Part shown: positions 53,108 to 64,000 of the stretch, piece by piece
How positions within the stretch are numbered: the stretch's first letter is position 1
How the letters are laid out: each line of letters opens with the position of its first letter
Assembly (NCBI RefSeq): GCF_000181795.1
Contig: NW_003526941.1
Coordinates: 3,504,520 to 3,568,519, forward strand
Direction: 5' to 3'
Origin: Trichinella spiralis
Taxonomy: Eukaryota
Length of the DNA stretch: 64,000 bases
Notes under the pieces: generated by a model
What the model was told of the DNA's origin: nothing
Seen by the model: the letters and a program-made list of their open reading frames with translations, nothing else
Database searches by the model: none
Made by a program: the position numbers and the translations under genes

Positions 53108-56100
53108 TCATCTCGCTATTTGGATACATTTTTCAAACCACGCTACAGTATTTAAAATGTAGTCACACTCTGCGTCCACTCTGTCAATTGGGTGATTGTT
53201 CTCAGGATACATTAAAACGCTGAAATGCAAAGCGAATGTAAAATATTAAAAAAATTTTTTTTCACAACTTCACATTACCGTACGAGCGTGCATCTTGCTT
53301 TTAAATTGTTTATATATTCCCGGGTCTGTGACATTGGGACACGCATATCGCATGTACCTAACAGAAACATCGTCGGGGTGGTTACCTGCAATTTAAACAA
53401 AAAACACCACATTAATAAAAATATATAAAAATGAAAAAGTATAAATACGTACATGATTTACGTAGCGTATTGGAGACTTGCTCCACAGCTCTTCTCGCTG
53501 AATGAGAGAAAGATGCCGTGAAAAATTAACATTTTCCAACAATGCCTCATATATGCACCAGTCAGGAATATCGGAACAGTCATACATGGCTGATGATAAT
53601 ACAGGAATTTTTCATTAAATAATTAAAATGTCAATTTCAAAATAATAAAGCAAATCAAATACCACTCAAATTTGTCACTGGATTCAATGCTACGCAAGAA
53701 GTGTAACAGCATGTGTATTGGCCAATTAAATGAAGGGCAATAAAACCTCCATGAGAGCCACCAAATAATAAAATTGCCTTCTTATTTACATGAGAGTCGC
53801 ATTGCAGGACCGTTGCAACAGCGTGCTTAATGATAACATATTAAAATGTGATCAAGATTTAAAATAATAAAAATGCTCACATGACAATCTAAAACATCTG
53901 TTGTACCAATCAATCCTCCAAGACAATTTACAAATTTTTCTCCGAATCCAAGAGACCCACGATAATTCACTAGAAAAATTAATAAGAGAAATATATAATT
54001 AAAACGTTGAACAAACAAATGCACCTCGGAGTACAGCGAAGCCAACACTAACAAAGAAAGCTGCCATAAAAGAATATGCTGTTGTGTAAGTGCTATGCGG
54101 GCCACCATGAGGCCAAAGAATTAGCGGATATGGACTTTTCGACTTATCGGCAGGCTTCAGATAAATTCCTTCATATTGAAGACTTCCTTAAAAAAAGAAT
54201 AATAGACAAATTTCAGTAATTAAAATATTCACCAAATCAATTTAAACTTGCCCAGATCGGGATGTTCTCCAAGAAGCGGAATTCGCCGAAAGGGCAATAC
54301 TTTCCAATGAATCCTTTTTAATAAAAACGCATCTCTGTTACCGTCAGCTTCAACAAATTTAAACCATATAACACGTGCTTCATCACCAGGTAGTGGTAAT
54401 CTTGCAATGGCAAGACGTGGTGGGGCGTTAGGAAGACTATAATAAGCAAGCACAAAATCCTTGTACACATCCAATACGTGCCAAGATTCATCTCTTTCTA
54501 AACAAGAACAGTGCTTAAAAAATCACAATAATAAAAACGTGCAAACAAACCTGTCGTAGTCCTAAGACGTGCGACAGTTTTTCGCGTTAAATGGATCACC
54601 AATATTTCCTTAAAACATAAATTAAAGCAAAGCGTGCCAAATGAAAGGTAAATTTTAAAAATACTGCTTTTGAAGCCCAATGTGCATTAAGCAAGATGCG
54701 ACTTGAATCTTCAGACCAACAGCGACGTGGAATGTCAATGACATAAAGGCCCGGAAATTGTTTATCAGGATCACATTCGTAGACAGTGTCCACAATAACT
54801 GAAGTTTTCATTGTCACCCAATCGCACTAAAAAATATTGTAGTAAAAATATAAAATAAGTTTTCATAATATTTAAATTTCCCTTTTACTAATATTAATTG
54901 AGCGGCTTTGCGATGTGGACCACCTGCACCACATCTTAAATATATCAATCTGGAACGGTCTGGGCTAAATCGCAATGATGCAATTGCATGAGTGGCTTCT
55001 GTAATGTGGGTAACCATCTGCGTTTGCAAGTCATAAAAGGTTAGTTGTCCTCTAAAATACACACAAACATGAATACATTTATAAAATGTACGTAATAATA
55101 GTGATTTTCTTACGCTCTGTTAAAGCAGTATAGCATCCCAAGTTTGCGAGGCCTATCTTTCACTTTTATAAACAGTATCCCGGTTTCATCCGGCGTCCAC
55201 AGCGGCTGCACAATAATTGGAATATACAATTGCAAAATATTGAATTTCATTTCAAAAATGCATACTTCAAGTGGTGTGAAATTTGCCAACTCTTTGACTA
55301 CATATAATTCACCTTTTTCAATATGCAACAGGCAAACCACCGGCTGTCGCACGTCAGTCATTTGCTCACCCCAGTTTTCATTTTCTAGATACTCATCGCA
55401 CTGAAAAGGCACAACATGCTTGCGCATTAAAAAAAATCACAGAAACAATTAATTACACTTTTTAATTAAATCTGTCAAAGTTAATTGTTTTCATTGAAAC
55501 ACAACTGTTGCCCTCACCTCTTCGTTTCCTAAACCTTTATAATGATGCTGCGAATAACCAACAGTCCCGCCGGTACGTTCTGCTAAATATAGAATTTTCT
55601 TATCATCACAAGACCATATGAGGTTAGACAGTGCTGAAAAATAAACTTCATTCAGTCAAATAAACTTCCCAAGCTATCGTTCGTGTCATACTGGAATGGA
55701 CTTTGCCATGCTGTTCAAAATCTTTCAGCCTAAAAGATGCAACTTTGTGCCCTCGAATATTATCATAAACATCAATAAAATCTGCTGAACGTATTGCATC
55801 GTCGGAACCGGAACGTTTTGAAGAAGCTGTACGTCTTAAAATTGCTGTAAATTTGCCACTCATACTGACACTTCGACATATTCTATGAAAAGTAGTCCTC
55901 AGAATTTCTTTTAACTAAAATCACAATCTGTATTTACTCGTTTATTTCTTCTGGATGAGAAGCCAGCAACTTTGACTTAGTCCACACATCATCAACGAAC
56001 ATTGTAAATGTTCTGCTGAATTTAATGTAATCATTTCGAGCTAAATCTCTCTGTTGCCAAATCGAATTAACCTATGAAAAATAAAAATAGATTCACTACT

Positions 56101-56232
56101 TAATTCATATTTTAATTTTCCTTTCTTCACCACTATCAGCCTAGGAGTATCTGATATAAAAGAAATGTATCCACTGCAGACATTTGGAATCTGAATCAGG
56201 CGTTTGTACGTATCAAGTGGAGTTGCCGCCAT
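53108..56232 (-). CDS. APEH: Acylamino-acid-releasing enzyme (acylpeptide hydrolase, S9C peptidase), multi-exon
   Basis: ENWGEQ, YCFNR, RFSPD, GGPH, WPHGGPHS, VNYRGSLGFG, nucleophile GGSHGG, SDIPDW, KSPI, D.RVP and YPENNH. Confidence 0.93.
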
Positions 56233-57913
56233 AGTTGCTTCTGAATATTCTTTCTTTTCTAAAATAAAAACCAACAAATTATCTTCAATTAATAAACCCC
56301 ATATGCTCTGATATATCTATCCAATTATTACATCGATAGAATAATAAATCATTTTAATTAACAACAACACTCGAACAAAAATTTCAAGACATATATATCA
56401 CGTCATCTGCTTCAGATGGAATTAGAAACGAATCAAAAAGTATTAAAGGAATCTTTTAAATTTTAACAAATTGCACCATTTATAAAATTCAAAAGAATTC
56501 AAAAATCATTCTCCCATAAAACAATGACTGAATAATGCATCAAACTGAATCAAGATAAATATATAGAAAGAATCAATTTTCCATATGCAAACAAATGGAC
56601 TATATGCGAAATGAAATTGACCCACAATTATCAGCACGATCACCGCAAATCGAAAACTAAACCTTCACCACACGACAGTATGCTCTTGAACATTCAAGAA
56701 TGCATAACTTTAAGAAATAATATCGATTATTTACAATTAAAATTTTAAACATAAGTTAATAATTTAAATACATATCATTAAAGGATAACAAATATTGAAA
56801 AGTATTTTTAAAATATAAAACACTGATACTGTAATTAAAAAACCATTAAAGGCCAAATTTCCAAAATTGATGATTTAACACTTTTACAGCTATATTTCTT
56901 TTGGCAATATTTATTTAAAAGAGTTTATATTAACAGTAATAAGTAATGACAAGTTAATAAAAGTTACATATTTTAAGCAAATTTCTTTATTTACATGATA
57001 TTTTTTATTTTTAATAAGAATAAATTGCTCAGCTTTTGTCAGCTGCTTACATTACCAGTCAAAGCAAACAGAAAATCGATTAAGAATAGTAAAAAGCAAA
57101 AATAAAATGTTGCGGAAGTTGAACGTATTATAAATAATCTCCACAATACAATCTGTTTATCAATTTAATATAAGACTATTTCTTAAATAAAACATTTATT
57201 TTTTATGTGAAAGCGTATTCTAAATTATTTATTTATGTTGTTTCAAACCGTTAAGAATTTAAATTAGAAGGTAGGCTGCTTTTATCAAATAAAATTAATC
57301 TTGCAGAAATGAAAACCAACAACGCACAGTCATTAGAACAGAATATAATACGTTTTAAAATGTTGAAATTATTTAAAAGCTGTTGCTTATTTTACATTAA
57401 AGAAAATTAATATAAGTTATTTATTGTTTGAAGATACAATAAAATGTTACAATTTTCAGATATATTAAAGTACTATTGGTCTTGTTTAAGTGAAAAAATT
57501 AATACAGATTTAAATGTAAGCGTGGAAAACATACAAAGTCTTTTAAAAGCGTAGTTATACATAGGTGCTACTATTGCTAAAATTTTATCTATGTTAGTAA
57601 CGTTAAATTTGCCATTAAAAATACATTTAATTTCAAATTAAGCATTTTAAAATATTAAAATATTTTTTTCATAAATTTATACATATAAACTTTATTGCCT
57701 TTTTTTACAATCTTTTCTATGCAGCGATACAGTATGGCGGATGCTGTTCATTGAACCTGAATTTCCAAAACAATAGATTTTGGTAGCATTGGCTGGAGCT
57801 TACTCATTTTAAACACCAGACGCGCGTAATACAATCGTAGTGTAATTATTGTTTTCGTAAAAACAGATGTAGCACATTGTTGAAGCACCTAGTCGATCCG
57901 ATTTCTGCATTTC

Positions 57914-60900
57914 ATGGAGCAGATGAAAGAAGGTTACGATTATATTTTACATAAATGTAATATTTGATAACATTTTCTTTTCCAGAAGTCAAAACATACT
58001 GGGAATTGCCAGCAATTGCCCATTTTTGCTCACTTTTCAGAATTTACTTCAAACTTGAAGAGTTCGACATTGAAGTAAATATTTGGCAAACTTATTGTGT
58101 TTTTATTTTTAAGGCTTTTGATTGAAATTTATGTTCATTTTTATCGTATTTATGTCTAACGTTTTTTAGACTTTAGAAAAAGCCTTTCTGTTAGATGAAG
58201 AATTCCGTGGAACTGGTAAATATAGTACGCTGATATTAGACATTATGATGAAACTGATGAAAGGCTTAAATTCACGTCGAGACGTTACGTAGGTTGATTT
58301 TATATTTTTATATGAAAAGTAGTGTTTTTTGCTTATTACTTTAGTTTATTTTGAAATTTTAAAGTTTTTATTAATGTTACCTAAAAAATAATGGCATTTT
58401 GAATTAATGTTTATAAAATTTATGATTCTTTGAATTACGATGCGAAAAACCACACATGAAAAATCTTTTGTTTGGAGCATATAAATAAGTTCTTGTCTGT
58501 TTTCAAACAAATAATGACGTTTATTTAAGAAATTTGTTGTTTATGTAATTAATTTGTTGATTTTTTTAGGATGTTTGATTTCAACAAAATTTTGCATCGA
58601 ATATTTTCTTGGGGTTGGGAAGCTGCTGGCTACGGCTGTAACCCCTTTGGTCCTGATCCTTCATCAGCGAATTTTCATGATTTACCACTTTATGCAAGAA
58701 TAAAGATAGTCTACACGCTTTGCGAGTTGCGTCTTTTGAAGTCAGATATCGAATCTATGTTTAAAGTAATGGATTTTTTAAATAGTTTGCTTTATTATGT
58801 TTTAGTCGCTTTTATTATTAGAATACATATACTGTTCATGTGATAAAAAAAGTATGCTTATACAAAATAAATGTCTATAATTGCTGTTTTAGGATATAAA
58901 TAGCGATTGTTTACGTTTACTTCCGCTTGGAGAAGATAGAAATGGTATCACCTACTGGTATTTTTATGGAACACGACTTTACGGCGAATATCCTGACCTG
59001 ACTGTTAAGATCCGACCGGAGAAGAGTAAAAAAAGAGGTCGCCCCAAAAGGTATTGTCTATTTTTGTATATATTTATCATTTATTTAAAAAAATTTTTTT
59101 AGAAAAGAGGAACGAATTAAAACGAATTCTCAGAAAACTAATAATTCGAATAAACGACGTCGTTCAAAGCGTAACAAGGGGCAGAAACTTCGTCGTTCGC
59201 TAAGACATAGTACAGTTGCAGAGCAGCATTCAGAATCGTAAGAAGCATTTGAAAAAAAGGAAAAGTACAGTATTGTTTTTTTAAGTGAATCTGTTCCGGA
59301 AGAAGTTTCCGATTATGAAGGTAGTGACCACGAAAATACGGACGAAGAAACATCTTTTGGTAGTACAAAAAGAGATCGAAATTCTTCGGAAACATCTCAA
59401 ACAGAGTATTATGCAATGTAAGTAGTTAAAGAGGTTTTATTTAAAGCTACATTCAAGAACAGAAAGATTTTGCTAAGATATGGTTGTATTCTTTTGTAAA
59501 ATTTTGTATTTTCCTTTACGCGGTAGAAATACGGTAGTAAGTGATATGCAAGGTTTATTTTTTAGAACGGTATGTTTTAAGCAGAGAGAGAAGTTTTATT
59601 TCAAAATGAAGTTGAAATTGAAGTTGCCTAGTATTTGATGTGCAATTTATTCAGTAATGCGCATGGAAGGCGCAGTCTTTTGGTTTGAAAAATAATGTTG
59701 AACTATTTTTGCAAAATGGCAAGATTTAACACGATAAGAAATTTAGTTTAATTATGTGGAAATGTTTATTTTGGAACCATTTTGTTTTAAATCATATTAC
59801 CGGTAAATAAAATTTATTTTTTGATGATAACTTATATTATTGCAAAGTTTAAAATGAACGGTGAAAGAAAATATTTAATGATGTTCATGAATGGTTTGTC
59901 GTTTAGGGAATCGGCGCCTGTATATCCTCGAGTAGGTGCAGTACTTAGAACAACTGCAAGCACTTCGAAGGATGTTGATGATGAAGGGGAAACGAATTCC
60001 TTGAATGATATGGTTCACTGTACGTACAACAGTGATTATGACGATAGTAACGTGGGCATGGATGACAATGAAGTAGAATATGGTGTAATAATAATAATAA
60101 TTGTTGCTGTTAAATTTTTTTGTTGTTGAAAATTGTATATTCTTTTTTTATTTTGTTGTTGAAGAATGTGCATAATGTTTCTGGTGCTGGATCTGGAGAA
60201 AGTTCTGTAGTTGTTAAAGAAGAGCCCGTCGATGAACAGTCGTTATTGAAACTGGAAAATCTTCAGGCAGTGAAAAATTGTTGGGACCCTAATAATGTTG
60301 TAATAAAAAAAGAAACAGCTGAACAGGAGGTGAAAATTAATTTGGATGATTTCCACGCCCAGTCAACGTTTTCTTGTAATGTTGATTTGCCTTCCGAAAT
60401 TTCACGAACTACTGATACAGCATGTGAAAGGACGGAAAATAAAAATGAAGCAACCAAGGACAGTTGTAGGGAAGAAACGAAAACGGCAGTTGTTAATGAA
60501 GAGAAAAATAGACCAAATGTCAAAGAGACTTCTTGTGCAGTTGCTAATAATAATAATAATAATCAGGCATGGAATCAGCCATCATTGATACCACCGACAC
60601 GAACACGTTGGTTTGTCAAATGCGACACGATGCAAGATTGGCATGATTTTGTTAACACATTGGCAAAATCGTCTTACGCCAACGAGCGACATTTGCATTC
60701 GTTATTGTCGGAAAATTTTCTTAGCGAAATTGAAAGTTTCTTTATTCAAAAGGTAGATTTTTTGAATTTTTGAAAAATATTTAATTGTTCTGTGTTTCAG
60801 AATCAGCCTTCGCAAATTGAGGTGCAACAGAGTCTTTTGAATGTAGCTTCACACTATGAAACCAACCCAATAATAGAAGAAGCATATGAACCGGAGGAAG

Positions 60901-63671
60901 AAGTAGTTTATTATTTTTTTGATAATTGGGAAGCTGTTGAAGGGGATTTTTTTCTTTTTTTCAAAAAAAAGCAGATATCTGAAGTATCCCGTCAGTTACG
61001 TCCTCGGGTTCGTACGGTTCGATTAGACGATGGCGATGGCTCCGCTGAATCAGGGGACGAAGAAGGTGGCGTGAAAAACACGTCATCAATGAGCCGAGAG
61101 ATGCGTTACAAGCAGCGTGAAATTGAAAAAGAAAAAGGAGAAAAACTTCGAGAAAGAGCTAAAGAAGGTTTCTTTTTTATTTAAATTTGGGCGAGAATTT
61201 TTGTTTTTCAAATTTGTCGTATGTGTTTTCAATTAGAACGAGCCAGGCGTTTGGAATTGCGTCTGAAACGTCAAGAATTGCTCGCAGAAGGGCGAGATCT
61301 TTCTGAAGATGTTCTCGGACGAGCAGCGAGTTCTGTCAACTATGCTTATACGAACGAATTGTACGTTGTTTCATTTATGCTTATACAACATTGTTTGTGA
61401 AAATGTTTAGAGATATTCAAATGGAATTGGAACACATGTACGGTCAGTTGGAGAAATGTAAGTTATTTTTTTATTGATAATGCTTTTTGCTAAATTTGAC
61501 ATACCTTATACGGTTTTTCTTGAAATAAGCAAAAAGAAATATAATACTTTGACGTTCGTTTTTCAGTGATCGACTCGTTTAAAGAAAGTCCAGATGCTTG
61601 GCCATTTTTGGAGCCTGTTACGGAAGATATTGCTCCGGGTTATTTTCAAAAAATTAAAGTATTCATTTTGTTCTTAAATTGCAACTTCGTTATGGAAAAA
61701 TGGACGATCAAATGTAAAGAAGTAGACAAATAAATTTTTATCTTTTTTTTACAGAATCCTATGGACTTGCATACAATCGAAGCGAAGCTTTACTCGCGCG
61801 AATATCGCAATAAAATTGAATTTATCGAAGATGTTAACGCAATGTTGATTAACTGCTTAGAGTTTAATGGTTTAAAAAATGGTGCATTTGAATTTTTTTT
61901 GCTTTTCAAAAAAAGCAGTTCTGTTGTTATTGTTGTTTTAGATTATACGAAAATGGCACAGCGGTTGGAAAGAACGTTTATTCGACTTTGGAAACGTTAT
62001 TTTCCACCATCACGCAGTGCCGATTATGACGACACATACGAGGATGAATTGACTTGCGTGTCCATGTTGGGCGTATTGGATAGGAAAATTAAAGATTTGG
62101 TACAGGTAAAAGTGAAATGTGCTTTTGTTGCATTTCACTTGTTCATAAATTTCTGCATGCTCTCGTAGGAAGAGATGGCTGTTCTTCGGAAAACTTTTGA
62201 ATCGGAAGCAAATAGCAGAAAATCATTAGATGGTGCAGGAAATTCGGTTCACAGAGGCCGGAAGAGACCGTTGGGAAGAGATTCATCTGGGCCGCCGCTT
62301 TTAGAACGGCACATCGTTCCAAGCAGTGGCTCTTCTTCGTTCAGAATGCCCATTTTGCCAAAGCTTGGTCCAAAGACCACTCCTTCAGCGTAATCGAATA
62401 ATATCGTGTGGATTGAGTTTGTTTTTTTTTTGTAATTAAATTTTTCATAAAATTAGGCTGAAATTAGCAAATCCATTATCAAGTTCAGTTACACTGATGT
62501 TTTCCGCATCAGAAGGCAATCGATTTGTCCGTATTAGCACACCGCAACAGGTCAAGCCTTCCCAAGCCAATGTGGATGCGATCATTCCATTGTTGAAAAT
62601 GTATATTCCTGCGATGCCCGTTGGCTATACTTCTGTGATTGTGTATAATTCAGAAGAAGAAATTGTATGCATATATTAATTATTATATTCCTGTCGTTTT
62701 TTTCCATCTTCGATATTTAAATACTTGTTTTTGTTTTTTGCTTTTCAGCCAAAATCTGATACTCCATGCATTGAAATTAGTAATATAATATGTCAGCAGA
62801 GTTCTCTTCCGAAACAAGCTATCAAAGTGAACAGCAAGTTGTTCATCAAATTCAGCTTGGATCGCCCAAATGAAAGGATACTGATTTCCAGTGTTGGTAC
62901 ACCGTAAGTTGGAATTTTAAAATATTATTTTATTTTTAATTGGAATAATAATTTTTGTTTTGTTTTTTTTTGTGCAGAGGAGGCGGTCGTGTTTTACTTA
63001 GGCCATCGGCTATTCGCAAGGAGGACGCTGTGAAACTTCAAGCAGGCACGTCAAAATTGCCTGCTACTCGTATTCACTGTTTACCTGCAGTGCGCACAGT
63101 TTCTTCATCTTTTGGACAAAGCGACACTGACAAAAAATACAACCAAGCATCTTCTACTTCTTTGCAAACGACGGATTCAAGTGAAATTATTTTTCTATTG
63201 TTATTTATTATTCAGTTGGATGTTTCATTTTATTGGCATTTTTGATGTAGAAGTATCCGTTGCTCCCGTGATCCAAGTTTCCGCCACTCATGGAGTTCGG
63301 TCGGTAGGTCAGAAGTTGATTCTTTTGCAGAGCAATCCATTGGTCATACGAGATAATGCTGCAGTGGTGAACAACAATTCTAACAGCAGTGTAAATTTTA
63401 CTTCAGAAGCTGCCTCAGCAATAACGCTGCGAACTGGGTAATGTTATTGTTGAATATTCGGGTATTTTCTTTTAATAAATTATTTATTGCACATTTTTGT
63501 AGCGAAACCAAACCAACGACAGCCAATGTTTCTGGTGTTAGACTGATTCAAATTGTTCCTCCACGTTCTATGGCGACTGATAGTGGTGCACTGTTAAAGC
63601 CTGGGGCATCCACGACGACGTCAGGCTCAGAGCCTGTATCGAACAAAGGAACAACATCAGAGATCAGTTGA
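57914..63671 (+). CDS. CECR2: CECR2-like chromatin remodelling subunit (DDT/WHIM, AT-hook, bromodomain), multi-exon
   Basis: WELPAIAHFCSLF, LRLLPLGED.NG..YWYFYGTRLY, AT-hook KKRGRPK and bromodomain AWPFLEPV..IAPGYF..IK|NPMDLHTIE. The low-complexity C-terminal exons and the stop at 63671 are less certain. Confidence 0.85.
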
Positions 63672-64000
63672 TCATAATTTTCATTTGTTGAACTTCTTCG
63701 ATTAACTGCAGTTGGTTTTTTCTTTTGCTTTTTCATCCGCAATTGTACCGTATTTTGTACCATATGCCGACTGTTCACGTGAGATGAAGTTTCAATTGCT
63801 GCATTTGGACAATGGATGACAAAAAAGAAACCATTTTATGAAATCACCACTATCGTAAATTTCATACATGAATTTTTAAAAAAAATTTAACAATGTGCTT
63901 GTATATCATCATCATGCTTTATTTTTCTATCTCTTTTACTTCTTTTTTGTATATCTTATTCTTTGTGTATAATTTGATTTACACGGCTGCTTAGCTTTAT

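Noticed and set aside
1..64000. Prokaryote-type systems (CRISPR, defence islands, IS elements), tRNA and rRNA genes
   Set aside because: The sequence is intron-rich eukaryotic DNA. I saw no repeat-spacer array, transposase or reverse-transcriptase ORF, cloverleaf or rRNA motif.

Overview
This is AT-rich eukaryotic genomic DNA with many short spliceosomal introns, mostly GT-AG and often with TTTCAG/TTTTAG acceptors. It is almost certainly a nematode; a Trichinella-like clade I species is my inference. I spliced exons by hand and found about 15 protein-coding genes, in order: ZnT/SLC30 zinc transporter (-), ELP4 (+), Golgin-45 (+), MFSD5 (-), DUSP12 (-), endosomal Na+/H+ exchanger (-), PCGF/BMI1-like RING-RAWUL protein (-), SLC17 transporter (-), caveolin (+), choline acetyltransferase (-), vesicular acetylcholine transporter (-), AIMP2 (+), MRPS25 (+), acylpeptide hydrolase (-) and a CECR2-like bromodomain protein (+). 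The highlight is an intact cholinergic gene locus, with VAChT directly upstream of the ChAT coding exons on the same strand. It also has a candidate shared leader exon, a COE/UNC-3-type site and non-canonical splice sites. Other notable items are a cluster of nuclear-receptor response elements around caveolin, a probable AIMP2-MRPS25 operon, and a diverged repeat family next to an assembly gap at the window start. I recognised no tRNA, rRNA, CRISPR array or intact transposon. All identifications rest on motif recognition, not database searches. CDS coordinates are whole multi-exon spans.
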